Below are positions 14,399 to 27,875 of a stretch of DNA of 64,000 bases, one piece after another. Position 1 is the stretch's first letter. Every line of letters begins with the position of its first letter. This DNA is from Eledone cirrhosa. Its lineage: Eukaryota. The notes under the pieces are model-generated. The model was not told the DNA's origin. It made no database searches and was given only the letters and a program-made list of their open reading frames with translations. The stretch is from positions 46,066,001-46,130,000 of the forward strand of contig OZ024749.1 of the NCBI GenBank assembly GCA_964016885.1, read 5' to 3'. Position numbers and translations under genes: made by a program.

Positions 14399-14670
14399 GG
14401 TAATGATGAATCCTTGTTGGATAGTTTATCAATATAGACGTGAGGGAAAGTCCCTCGTCTATTTACCATTTTCGTAAGTGAGAGGATAGGTACTCCATAG
14501 AATTATAACAAGTGAGTGGGTGTAGTTATTGTCTTGTCTACACACACACCCACTCACTTGTTATAATTCTATGGAGTACCTATCCTCTCACTTACGAAAA
14601 TGGTAAATAGACGAGGGACTTTCCCTCACGTCTATATTGATAAACTATCCAACAAGGATTCATCATTACC
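14399..14670. repeat. Near-perfect ~125-bp inverted repeat (fold-back retroelement end)
   Basis: 14399-14523 is the reverse complement of ~14545-14670 with a short spacer. The right arm is continuous with the hammerhead copy at 14686-14775. Confidence 0.9.
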
Positions 14671-14685
14671 GTAACAACTCCTACA

Positions 14686-14775
14686 CATATAAGATCCCGT
14701 CGGCTGAGATCCGACCGTTTCGACAACTAGATCTGGAATCTAGTTGAACTTGTCAAGAGGTATAGTCCATATATG
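14686..14775 (-). ncRNA. Full-size type I hammerhead motif with U3:A8 variant core (this copy has GAC at the cleavage site)
   Basis: Minus strand reads CATATATGGACTATACCTC-TTGACAA-GttCAACTAGAT tccag ATCTAGTTGtC-GAAA-CGGT...GCCG-A-C-GGGATCTTATATG. Homologs at 54-110, 9700-9820, 15100-15165 and 50893-50931. Confidence 0.7.
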
Positions 14776-14877
14776 GGCATGCAGTCAAAGCAAAATAAAC
14801 ACACAAAAAAGAAATATATATATATATACGTGTAACTCTTATTGAAATATCTAGAGATGCCACTAAGCGATGTGATA

Positions 14878-15085
<208 letters not shown>

Positions 15086-15099
15086 ATATATAAGATATT

Positions 15100-15165
15100 C
15101 GGGACTTGACAGCTGAGCTCTTGACTTTTCGACATCAAATTCTGCAACAGTCCCTGTCAGTTGAT
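15100..15165 (-). mobile_element. Degenerate copy of the same hammerhead family
   Basis: GGACTTGACAGCTGAGCTCTTGACTTTTCGAC aligns with the 9700 and 14690 copies and follows a long (TA)n. Confidence 0.55.
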
Positions 15166-15916
15166 CTAAATTTACAGACGACAGAATGAAATCCTATTTG
15201 AAAACATTCACGAAATATCCACAGAAAAGAATCCAATCCGATCCAAGAAAGGAATTAGCAGTGAAAGCAAATCAATACCAATACTAATACCAGTACCAAT
15301 ACCGATGCCAATACCAATATTATACAATGAGAATAAATGACAGGTGAGACACACCAGACAAGAAATGAAAATATTAAATTTATTTGTTTTAAAAATAACA
15401 TTACAGGGTTAAACCTCGATTTTCTTTTCATTCCCGTACAACTAATACTATAATTAATAATCGCTATATCTGTTCAATATTTTGTACATTCGTTAGGTTT
15501 ATCGTTCTCTATACCTCTTTCATTCTTTATCACTCAAATATCGTTTACATCTTTCTTTTTATTTTTACAATTGTCAATGTCTTTCTCCGTTAATCTTTAT
15601 CCTTCTTAATAAATCTCCAAAATTTCCAAGAATCCTCCACTCTTTTCGCCCTTACCTTAACCTCCATCCATTGATATTCGTCTCTAAACTAACCTTCGCT
15701 TTATATATTTCGCTGCCGTTTTCAAATCATCTCTAAGTCTGCCAACCTCTTACAATCCATCCTATCTCTATTAAAATCTCTCTCTGTTCTGATTCAGTTT
15801 TATATCCTACCTACGCTTTTTCGTCGTCACTGTTTCATTCTCAATCTATTTCTAATCAGTATATCCCCAATTACTCTACCCTTCCCCTATTTTTCGCTAA
15901 TTTTCCCTCTTTCTTA

Positions 15917-15973
<57 letters not shown>

Positions 15974-16012
15974 TTTATTTCTTTTTTTCTTTCTTTTTTT
16001 CTTTCTTTTTTT

Positions 16013-16063
<51 letters not shown>

Positions 16064-16189
16064 CTATTTCTTTTCTCTCTTTCTTTCTTTCTTTCCCTTT
16101 CCTTTTCTCTATTTCTTTCTTTCTTTTCTCTCTATATTTATTTCCCTTTCTTTCTTACTCTCTCGCTTTCTCTCTCTCTCTCGCTCTCC

Positions 16190-16370
16190 CTATCTCTCTC
16201 TCACTCTCTCCCTATCTCTCTCTCACCCTCTCCCTAACTCTCTCTCTCACTCTTTCCCTATCTCTCTCTCACAGTCTCTCCCTAGCTCTCTCACTCTATC
16301 CCTATATCTCTCTCACTCTCTCTATACCTCTCTCTCTCACTCTCCCCCTATCTCTCTCTCACAGTTTCTA
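16190..16370. repeat. ~20-bp CT-rich minisatellite after (TTTC)n
   Basis: Repeated CTCTCCCTATCTCTCTCTCA units. Confidence 0.8.
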
Positions 16371-16599
16371 CCCCTCAGTATATCCCCTTTCTGTTTCTAT
16401 CTTATATTTATCTGAACTCAATGCCTCTCTTCATCAGCCTCATTACAAAGGAGTATTGTGGTGCTTCTCTTTAGTTAAATCTGTTCTTGATGAACTGTTG
16501 GTGGAATCAACGGAATGAGGATGACTCTCATCATGGACATGATGATGATTACCAACATAGATAGTGTTACAGCTGTTGTTGCTGATGCTGTTGTTGCTG

Positions 16600-16722
16600 C
16601 TCTCGGCTATAATGATGCTGATAATGATGAGGATAATGCGGATGAGGATGATAATGATGATAATGTTGAGGATGATGATGATAATGATGATGATGATGAG
16701 GATGATGAGTATGATGATAATG

Positions 16723-16779
<57 letters not shown>

Positions 16780-17167
16780 CAGATGAGGGTGATGAGGGTG
16801 ATGAGGGTGGGGATGATGATAATAATGATGATGATGATGATGATGATAGTAATGCTGATGAGGATAATGATGATGAGTATGAGGATGACGGTGATATTAA
16901 TGGTGGTAGTGTTGTTGCCGTTGACGACAATAATTATAGAGTAAAGATGGCGGTGACAGCGTTCATTGCGACGTTGGTGATGATGATGGTATTTATAATG
17001 TTTTGATAATGATGTTAGATTAGTATGATATATATGAAGGAAAGAAGAAGAAGAAGAAGAAGAAGAAGAAGAAGAAGATGAAGAAGAAGAAGAAGAAGAA
17101 GAAGAAGAAGAAGAAGAAGAAGAAGAAGAAGAAGAAGAAGAAGAAGAAGAAGAAGAAGAAGAAGAAG
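16600..17167. repeat. (GAT)n-type tract followed by (GAA)n
   Basis: Direct inspection. Confidence 0.9.
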
Positions 17168-17467
17168 GTAATTATGATAATGTGGGTTTCTAATTACCGT
17201 TGAATAAGTAGAGTACAGAATTTATGATAAAACCTTCCCGTACCTCATTTACCAGAATATGTCTATAACAGTAAAATGTATAATGTTAGCTACTTAACTA
17301 ATAATAGACGAAAATAAAAGAAAAATCCTGGGAGATGTATTTTGTGGGTAGATTGCGAATGAACCGATGCTTTGCATTAAATAGAAAACTGCACTTACAT
17401 ACAGCATAGAACAACAAGTACAAATCTGTAAACTTACACAGTACCATACAGTCACGTACACACTCTC

Positions 17468-17526
<59 letters not shown>

Positions 17527-17528
17527 AA

Positions 17529-17573
<45 letters not shown>

Positions 17574-17574
17574 A

Positions 17575-17630
<56 letters not shown>

Positions 17631-18247
17631 GTGCGTCTGTGTTTTTGTTTATGTGTGCGCCTTTATGCCTATTTGTTTTGGCGAGTGCGTGTATGAGTTT
17701 GAGTGTGTGTCTGTTGTATCTTATTTGACCGGAACTAGTTAGGTTGCAAGGTTCTCACATGCATACACAACAACGGTGTGCTTTGGAATCGTGCAAGCAA
17801 GCGAACAAAACCAAAACCGAACTGCAGAAAATAGAAATGTACACTGAAAAATCGCATTTATAGAGCTTCACTGAGTTCATTCCAGTGCATCAATATTAGT
17901 AATAGATTTGTTTGCATTATACCAAAGTCCTTTAGTTCAAATTTCAGGCAAAATATTTATCTCATACGGACTAAATGGCCTGCAGCTAATAGATTTACTT
18001 GCCCCATCCTCTTTTGAGATCAATTCCTGCCAGGTTTAAATTTGGATTTCATCATTCCGGTAGAAGAAATGAGTAAATATGAATCATTAATGACAATGGA
18101 ATCGATACAAGATTCCAAAACATAACAATAATCTGAGAGACTTTTATGTACAATAATAGGGGGATTCAGGAGGAGGATATCATTATATGTTTGCAGAGGA
18201 TATATACATATATATGTATATGAACTTATATATATATATAGGGATTT

Positions 18248-18333
<86 letters not shown>

Positions 18334-18515
18334 ATATTTGGGGAGAGTCAGGTTGTAATAATATTGCTAAAAATATATAGTAAAACACTCATATATATAT
18401 ATATATATATAATTGGTGTGGGATGCTTAAAGCGTGCGTAAGCGGTAGGGTGTTCGTGCACTTGATGCTCATACAGAGCAGAGTATGATATAGACACACA
18501 CACACTCACACACAC

Positions 18516-18566
<51 letters not shown>

Positions 18567-19384
18567 TACATATATATATATATGTGTGTGTGTGTGTAAG
18601 TATATATCTGATTGCTGTTGGTTACCTTTCTATTGGACATTACTGTTTCCTTAACTCTAAAGCTCCTACAAGTATTTAGCAGGAAAAGTGTAAAACCAGA
18701 TGATCACCCCCACCTATATGCACTATCTTGCTAACGGACAGGGAGATAAATGTGGACAAAAATACATTATTATATTACACGATTTAATGTCTAATATAAC
18801 GCAGTCTTCATTTTGTTTCGTACTTCATAAGAATTGCTACTCCGTTGATGTGTGTACAGAATTCTAAGAGTTTATAACATTTGTCATAAACCACATTCTA
18901 AAATATATGTCGTAGAAATATCATTCGCAAGATGAAGGAATCGTAACGAACAAGATTTAATCTAATGTATGCATTCACATAAGGTCTTTCAGAGGATGAA
19001 TGCAAATGAATTAATTTTAAAATTGTCCTACTTCGTGAAGCAGTGTTTATATAACAATATACATGTTCAATTCTATACAATTTCACATTATATTGATACA
19101 TAAATATTAATGTTATATTAATATTCAATAGCTTACGTTAATTCGTATATTCATACATACGTAATTCATAATAGCATGGTGTTGTTTATTAGAGGTAATT
19201 AAAATATGTATACACAAAATCATATAATTATAAACTATATAAAAAATAAACAGAAAATATAAGTAATTCAGGATTGTAATATCTTGTTCCTAGAATGATT
19301 AGCGATAGATAATCATTCTTATAATCATTAGCAACTCTTAACTAAATACAGCACTATTAACGAATTATTACTTAACCCACCGAG

Positions 19385-19570
19385 GGCGGTGGATTGGCTG
19401 TATCGGTAGAGGGTCGTAACTATGCTGGAAAGCATAGTTACGTCCCTTTACGATCTGAGTTCAAATCCCGCCGAGGCTGACTTTGCCTTTCATCCTTACG
19501 GGGTCGATAAAATAAAGTACCAGTAATGCACTGGGTAATCGCTGGCCTTGTGCCTAAAGTAGAAAAAAAA
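19385..19570 (+). mobile_element. tRNA-derived SINE, short form
   Basis: GAGTTCAAATCCCGCCGAGG...GCCTTTCATCCTTACGGGGTCGATAAAATAAAGTACCAG, with TSD-like ATTACTTAAC.C..CGAG flanks. Confidence 0.9.
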
Positions 19571-19650
19571 AATTACTTAACTCCTCGAGAAAACGTGTAG
19601 GTATGCATCTACTACACATACAAAATATATATACATATATATATGTATAT

Positions 19651-19826
19651 AGGTATTTCTATATTAAATATATATATACATATATATATGTATATATATA
19701 TTTAATATAGAAATACCTTCTACAGGACTAGAACTGTTTCATTCGGGAGAAATCATCAGAAAGACCTGGTAATTTCTCCCGAATGAAACAGTTCTAGTCC
19801 TGTAGAAGCCATTTCTATATTAAATA
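19651..19826. mobile_element. Nested inverted repeats with a hammerhead-like core (PLE end remnant)
   Basis: Arms 19700-19753 and 19772-19824. Minus strand reads CTGATGA-tTTC tccc GAAt-GAAAC-AGTT at ~19732-19759. A second inverted repeat at 19651-19718 spans (TA)n. Confidence 0.7.
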
Positions 19827-19894
19827 TTTATACTCTGGTATGTATTGAGTACCTTACTTACTGTGGTTACCCTCGATTGAACCCCGGATAAGCT

Positions 19895-19926
<32 letters not shown>

Positions 19927-19930
19927 TATA

Positions 19931-20098
19931 GTAATAATAATAAAATTGAAGACTAAAATCCAAAGTATCGTCTTCCTCCGGTTGCAACGTTTTTTGAAAT
20001 ATCCAGTTCTGCGTTTACAGATTGACTTTGTTAGTTTCAGAAGATCCCGTTAAGGGTGAAAGCAGCGATTCTTTGCTTAAACTTTAATCTGTTATTTA

Positions 20099-20104
<6 letters not shown>
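19931..20104. mobile_element. Second copy of the CAGAAGA family, with an inverted terminus
   Basis: CAGAAGA-tCCC gttaa GGGt-GAAAGCAGCGATTCTTTGCTTAAACTTTAATCTG at 20038-20091. The left part is the reverse complement of the family 3' end. Confidence 0.65.
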
Positions 20105-20174
<70 letters not shown>

Positions 20175-20687
20175 TTACATATTTGTGGTCTTCCGGTGAA
20201 GGTATGGCCTTCACCGGAACTAAATATCTGTTGAATATCTCAAGTCATTAAAATAGAACGCTATGACCGTAAGGTTTTTGAAATCAGTACACAAATAGCT
20301 AACCCACAAAAGTTGTTTGATAAACCAAATCAAAATAGGTTTCAACACATTTTGAAAAACATGGATTCTTTCCAATTGATTGTTTTGTGGAGTTTTTTTC
20401 TCTAATTTTGAAAATATAATTTTCTATTAATGTTATTTATTTTATACTATTTCAGCTTGCTGTTTATGTGTTTTTATTTTTGCTTCTTACGATATATTTA
20501 TATATTTATATATTTATTCATATATTTATAGTCTTTTAACTATTTTGCACAATCGACGACTGTTTTCTCTTTGCTCAATGCAAAGTTCATTTCAGTTGAG
20601 TATACATGCACCAAGTACAATCACCGAATACATTGATTTGCACTATTATTCTAGGACCACCATTTGCTATTATTATTATGTTTATTA

Positions 20688-21315
20688 AGGTCGGTGTATT
20701 GTTGGTATCGGTATAGCGTCAGACATCATGCTTCGCAGCATAGACGTTCTGAGTTCAAATCCTGCCGAGTTTAGCTTTGCCGTTCACCCTTACCGGGTCG
20801 ATAAAATAAAGTACCAGTGATACACTAGGGTCGATTTCATCGACTTTCCCTTCACCTAAATATGCTCCCCTTGTGCCTTTATCAGGAACCATTATTATTA
20901 TTTTTTATTATAGTGGTGGATTGGTAGTATCGGTAATGATCGGACAAAATGATTTGTGAGATATAGATATGACACTTTACGTTCCGAGTTCAAATCACGC
21001 CGATGTTAGCTTTGCCATTAATCCTTACAGGGTCAATAAAATAAAGTAACAGTAGTCAGGCGTAGGGTTCGATATACTCGACTTGCCTCTTCCCACCGAA
21101 AATTCTTTGCCTTCTGCCTAAATCAGAAATCATTATTATTTTTATTAACGGAATTGATTAGTAGTCTCGGAAGATAATCCGACAAAATAATTTGTGACAT
21201 GTAGTTACGGTACTTAACATTCAAAATCCGTCAAGCATTGAGAATATAAAACTGACTTAAAACAGATTTAATCGAATTTATTCACCCTTCAAATTGCTGA
21301 ACTTCTGCATGAAGT
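20688..21315 (+). mobile_element. Head-to-tail cluster of three SINE copies (third degenerate)
   Basis: Copies at ~20688-20900, ~20910-21140 and ~21148-21315, separated by (ATT)n tails. Confidence 0.8.
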
Positions 21316-22512
21316 ACAATATGATATCTTATTAGTTTGGCAGATAAAAACACTAGCAGAATTGTTTTCCTTCCTTGAATTTCCAACGTCATGTCCTATA
21401 GACATCACCTTTATATTTTGTCCTTATGTAGATAAAGCTAGGTTTGCCTACATCACACTCCAGCGCACTAAGAGGAATTTCCAAATGTTTAATTCAATTT
21501 AGACGCTCGAAATCGTATTAAATGGCTGATATATTATATAGCTAGACATTTGAAGTAATATAATTTAGCTTTGAACGGTAGATGAAGATAGACGTTGGAA
21601 AACAGCTGAAATAGTAATAAAACAAAAAAACAAGGAAAACAAATCATTTCATCTACACGATATAACAATTTGTTTTCAATTTGTTGTTATGATATTTATA
21701 AAAATAGGTGAATTTGGGTCACTTTCACTCTGTTTTGTATCTTTTTTCTTCCATTAGTACAGTCCATATTATATGAAGGCTAAATTGCTAGTGTGTAACA
21801 TGAGAGGTGACTCTAGGGAGAAGTTTTAAAAGCGACGAATCTAGATAAAAATGTATAACAATAAAGCTTTAAGTAGAAAGCAATAGGAAATACTTGAAAG
21901 GTTAAACAAAGAAAAAGAAAAAGAAGGAACGTGAAACATAATCAATTCGTCCATTTGATGAAGGATATAAAATTTTCATAAGGAAATCGATACGTTTTGT
22001 TGTATCACAATAATTATTGTTTAGAAACATGATATATTGATTTATAATGTTCAGCTATTTAACTTGAAAATTGATATCCTCTTCTCTTTGATAGAAGTGG
22101 CCGAAACATGGTGTTAGATGATGTGTGAAATCCAGCGTGCTTTATTTATTTTTACTATTTATTTGTTTTTATATAAAATTATATCGTAATAATAATGTCT
22201 AATGAAATGCAAAATGCCAAAATCTTTGAGTGATAAAGTGTAGTCTATTGACTATACACCAGAATACCGCAGGTATGATTTTCGCAAGGTACAGTATCTG
22301 ATTTGCTAGAAATTAGAGGAAAATAACACTTCGTATAAAAAGCTGCTTCCTGGGATGAGGAAAATACATGTTGAGTAATGTAATGCATGATTCTTAAACA
22401 TAAAGCCTATTTTTCTAGCTAGAATATTTTGATTATACGTCTGTTGAACTGCATTTAAACAGCTTGCTGACTTGGTGGTAAACTAAACATATTTATGATA
22501 ATAATTATTTTA

Positions 22513-22870
22513 TACTCTTGGCACAATTATCCCAGTGCATTACTTTATTTCTTCAACCCTCTAAGGATGAAAGGCAAAGTTAACCTCGGCGGGATTTCAA
22601 CTCAGAACACAATGGGCCGTAACTCTATGCTGCAATGCATAGAGTCCAATACTGCCGATCCACCGTTTATAACAATAAATAATAATTCTCCTATAGGCAC
22701 AAGGCCATATATTTGGGAGAGATGTACTTGTCTAAATCACCGTCAATCTTGATTGATACATTATTTTATCGACCCCGGAATAATGCAAGGCAAAGTTGAC
22801 TTCGTTAAGATATGAACACATAATCTAATGAGCCAGACGCATTTATAGAAGACATTGTGTCTAGCATAGT
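22513..22870 (-). mobile_element. Two SINE copies
   Basis: Reverse-complement cores at ~22513-22665 and ~22686-22870. Confidence 0.8.
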
Positions 22871-23207
22871 GGCTCCTTCTGAATGATTTCTAATAAGAGG
22901 TCATCACATATTTAATAAATTAGTTGATCAAATTAGACCTACCTGCATTTGAAGTTTCATATGACCTTGTGTATTTGGCGTCTATATACACGATATTGTA
23001 ACTTACTAAAAATATCTAATACAGACAGAAAAGCATATCATTTATAGGAAGTGTTTGATGCATTATATTTAAACTTGCACTGCATTTACTCGCTTTATTT
23101 ACCAGGGTATTGATGAGAAATTAGACTTCGGCAGGATTTGATTACGTAATTACATACCAAAAGGCATGTGTGGTGATTCCAACATGTACCACCTCGTATT
23201 ATCTTGT

Positions 23208-23395
23208 AGTGGATTGGCAGTATCGGTAGAGGGTCGGACGCCATGCTTTGACGCATAGAGTTACGGCCCTTGCCATTCTGAGTTCAAATCCCGCCGAGGT
23301 TAACTTTGCCTTTCATCCTTACGGGGTCGATAAAATAAAGTACCAGTAATACACTGGGTAATTGCTGGCCTTGTGCCAAAAGTAGAAACAATTAT
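23208..23395 (+). mobile_element. tRNA-derived SINE, short form, young, with TSD
   Basis: Complete head, core and tail. TSD ATTATCTTGTA at 23198-23208 and 23391-23401. Confidence 0.92.
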
Positions 23396-25318
23396 CTTGT
23401 AATGAATCAAATGTTAATAATAATTTCTACATCGCCACAATGCAGTAAATCTGTTACAGAAGAACTTTGTTATGATTAACTGAATTGATAGAAACTTCAT
23501 TGGAAACTACTCAAGATTCCCAAGAGGAACGAAAACTAAAATGCACTCCTTCAAGATAATGTTTCTCAACTGCAAAATATGAAACAAACTCTAAATATTG
23601 TTAGTTATCTAATGTAGCGTTCTGAAGTTTCCGCCCACAGACTGGATATTAAATAACACTTAATACTGGTTTTTATTTCGATTTTGTTGAAGGCTTCATG
23701 ACATTGTATGTGGAGAGAAGTTCTGTGTATTAACTATTGTGCTTTTAAGTAATCTAGCTTCGAAGGAAGGGCAGAAGCAATATCGTTGTTTTCAATATAG
23801 AATACGTTCAGAATTTATTAGAGGTGTTAAAAAAGCAACGAAACCGGATCCAAATGACTAGCTTAAGGTATGAGGGCAACATTCCTGTAATATTCTAGTT
23901 AGGCACCACTTTGTTCACATGTGAGTATAATTATACTTGGGGTGTGGTTAAAGACAATCAACGAAAAATGTCCCAGCTGTTTGTAGGGAGGGGTGAGACA
24001 TAATCGACAGATTAATTGACAGTTTTGCACATGCTATCGTATTGTTTCGGAATATCTGCTCCAAGATGAAATATTTCAATGCCAGTACTCGTAGATTTTA
24101 TATATTTCATGGAAAGTAAAAGTCAAAAAGGAATGTAGACTTCATAGGGAGTTGATATCAAAATGTAACTAGTTCTCATGAAAGCACCACCCAGTATTTC
24201 GACATATTCTCTACCAGGTTTACCTGATCTGGCCTGTCTCTCCCACGTTATTTTTTCATATTGCCCATTTTGCTAAAATAACCACCAATCTTTATCTGGG
24301 GAATTTATACTGATAATATCCTCTAACCATGCCTGAAAATATGTGTTGGCTAACGGGCAAAGCGAAATTTTCTTGTGCTGTTTAATCAGCGAACGAGTCA
24401 CATTTTGAAAGTAACTGATATTAGTAGGACTATGTATAATCGAAACGCGAGCTTCATTCAATCTTTATAACAAGGTTTACTTTTCGATAAAGACAAGACA
24501 AAAGCGAGGCGATGGTATTAAAACGGACGAACAATTTATTGTGTCTACCATGTTAATATACGAGAGTGGAATTGTATCTCAAAATGTAAAGTGTTAGAAT
24601 ATATAACGCATCTCCGCACTTCGGAGTTTCTTAAAAGTCTTTTTACATACTTTCCATGATTCATGCGTATATTATAGATCCCCAAATCCTGAAAGACGAA
24701 GCGAGATTTGAATTCAAAGGATTAACTACTGTAAGACTTTCAATCCGAAGCTCTAATGTCTCTGACAAGTCACCAAATTTCTCAAACCATAGCGTATAAT
24801 TTCAGATCGTTTAATTGATGTAATGAGTCAGACGAAATATATTACTGGTACATATTATCGACAAACCTCAGCAGAATAATGTTCAAACTTAAAGTCAAAT
24901 CCAAGAATAAAAAAAAAAAAACAATTCTAACTTGAAAATATAGAAGGCCTCTATGGAAAAATAACGCAATACTGTAAATCGTTTTGTCTTACAACGATAT
25001 AATATCGATTGTAACGTTCCAAATATCAGAAATGCATTTGATATTGAAATATAAATTTTATTACTCATAATATCTCAATCACTCTAGCTTTCTTTCTGCC
25101 TTTCTTTAATTTTTTCTTTCATTAACTCTACTTTCTCTCACAATGTTTGTCTGTCATCGATACCCAGTCGATCAATACTGGAACGTATTTCTGTCTCTGT
25201 CTGGTTGTGTGTGTAAATGTATCTGCCTATGTGTCTTGTGTCTTCGTTTGTTGTATATTTGCGTGAGTATGTATACATATATATATGTGTGTGTGTCTTT
25301 GTTTTTATATTTGCGTGA

Positions 25319-25382
<64 letters not shown>

Positions 25383-27164
25383 GTGTTTTATGTAAATGGC
25401 TTTGTACATATGTGTCTGTATCTATATATATATATCAGTTTCTATGTATATATGTATGTGAATGTGTGTGTGTAAGTGTGTGATTGAGTTTAATAGCTGT
25501 TTGTAACTGCACCCATCTGTCTCCATCATATATGCCATTATCACTCACACATAGTGACGGCTGACAACCTGCTTTCATTGTCATCAACTTTTCTTATTTT
25601 TTATATCTTTTATTTTTCGTATTGCTGTTTCTTGTTGATTATTTATTTATTTACTATAAAGTTTTCATAATATGTGTATTTATCTTGTTTCAGATATTTT
25701 TGTTGTTTGCCTTTACCATGTTGTTGATGTTGGCAATGGTTGTGAAGTATGCGATGGAGATGATTCTAGATGGTTGTGTTCATGATAGTGGTTGTTATAG
25801 TAGTGAAAATTGTTCTAGAGATGATGATAGAGTTAACAGTGGAGATGGTTTTAGTAGGTTGTTCTTGATGATGGTATTGGTGTTGGTGGTTTTGTTGATA
25901 ATGATGATGCTGTAATAGCTTAGGTGATGGGTGGTAGTGATTGCAGTGATGGTGTTGTCGTTGCTGTTATAGTTGCAGTTTTTTATGTTGGTAGTGGTGA
26001 TGATGTATTGATATTGGTTGTGATGTTGATGGAGTTAATATTGTTGGCATTGGTGTTAGTCCTAATGATAGTTGTGGTGGTAGAGATGTGTGGTGGTAGC
26101 AGTGATGACGGTGTTGGTAGTGTTGCTGGTGATGATGTTAGTGATAGTGGAGACGGCGGTATTTTTGTTTTGGTGGTGGCGATGATGACAGATTTGGTGG
26201 TGGTGTTGATGATACATTTGCTGGTATGAGTGGTGACGAGCATACTGTTAGTTGTTATTTGTGATGGTGCTGGTACTATTGTTGGTTTTAATGTTGGTGG
26301 TAGTGATGGTAGTATTGATGGCTATTAGTGATGATGTTGATGACTGTGATGAACTTGGTAATAGATGGCTGTTATAGTGGTGGTGATATGGTTGGCAGTG
26401 GTGCTCTTTATGGTGGTGGTAATGATGATTGTAAGCTATTGGTTATTGGTGATATTGGTGATGAAATGATGGTCGTATGTTAATGGTGCTGATGGCATCA
26501 TTAGTGATGGATATGGGTTGGATATGTTGGTGGTGGAGGTAGTGATGTTTCTGACTATGTTGTTACAATGTTCCCTGTTTAATTGATTTGATGGGACACA
26601 TTGAAATCTGCCACTTAACGGATTCAATCGAACCCAACACCACCGCCACCACCACCACCAGCAACAGCACCACCACCACCAAGAACAGCAACACCACCAC
26701 TACCACCACCACCATCACTTCCATCTCCACTGCCATCACCTACCACAACCACCATCACCTACGCTGATCCCCACCACAACCACCATCACCTACCACTACG
26801 ATAACTGTCCAAACCCCCATACACTCCACCACTTCAACCTCCTCATCTCTAGTACTACCATTACAAGCAGGATTACCAAGTTGTTAGAAACAATAACGAT
26901 GAAAACAACAACAACACCAACAACAACAATAAGAGTAGTATCAGCAACAATATCAACAACAAGGACAACAACAATGAAAAATAATACATGACTACAACAA
27001 AAATAACGGTAACAACAAAACGCCTATAGCATCATCATGAACAACAACATCGACGCCTAAACATGAGTAACATGAAGAAACGGTTTAACAACAACAGTAG
27101 CAACAACAACTACACTAACAACAAAACGTAAGCATATGCAATATCACTTAACATACAATGATTT

Positions 27165-27585
27165 AAAATTTTGGCCCAAGGCCAGGGATTTGAAGGCGAG
27201 GTCAATTTTATTAAACCGAGTACTTGACTGGTACAATATTTTTCGAAAGCTGAAGAATGCAAAGCATAAATATTACCGGCGCGATTTGAATTCAGAAGAG
27301 ATATGGCATAACTAAATATTATAAAATAGTTCATCCGAAGCCTTGAAGTTTTTACCAATCCACAGCCTTTAAACTAACATAAAATAATGGTTCCTTATTT
27401 AGGCACAAGGTCAGCAATTTTGGGGGAGGGAAAAGTGCGTGACTGGTACTTTATGTAATCGACCCCGTAAGGATTAAAGGCAACATAAACCTCGGCGGGA
27501 TTTGAACCCAGAACATAAAGGAGCGTAACTATATGCTGCAAAGTATGTCGTCCGACGCGCTACCAATACTACCAGTCTACAGCCA
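27165..27585 (-). mobile_element. Two SINE copies
   Basis: Reverse-complement copies at ~27165-27368 (degenerate) and ~27388-27585. Confidence 0.8.
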
Positions 27586-27745
27586 ATACTAACATAAAAT
27601 ACTAACAATACCATATCAGCTTAGAGATACGACACATTATTCTCTGCACAAGAAGATCAAACGATCAAATAGTCATGCCTGGATTGATAAATCGTTGTAA
27701 ACTTGCATCTAAATAACAAATGTAACAACAAAAACAACAAGAACA

Positions 27746-27790
<45 letters not shown>

Positions 27791-27827
27791 GCTACTGCTG
27801 CTACTACTACTACTACTGCTGCTGGTG

Positions 27828-27875
<48 letters not shown>

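Noticed and set aside
14402-14470. C/D-box snoRNA (ATGATGA with terminal stem) or SECIS
   Set aside because: No CTGA D box, the ATGA is sequestered in a normal helix, and the sequence lies inside a repeat arm.
16515-17006. Asp-rich (aspein-like) 163-aa ORF
   Set aside because: Degenerate (GAT)n tract like those at 5235, 25900 and 48300, open in several frames.
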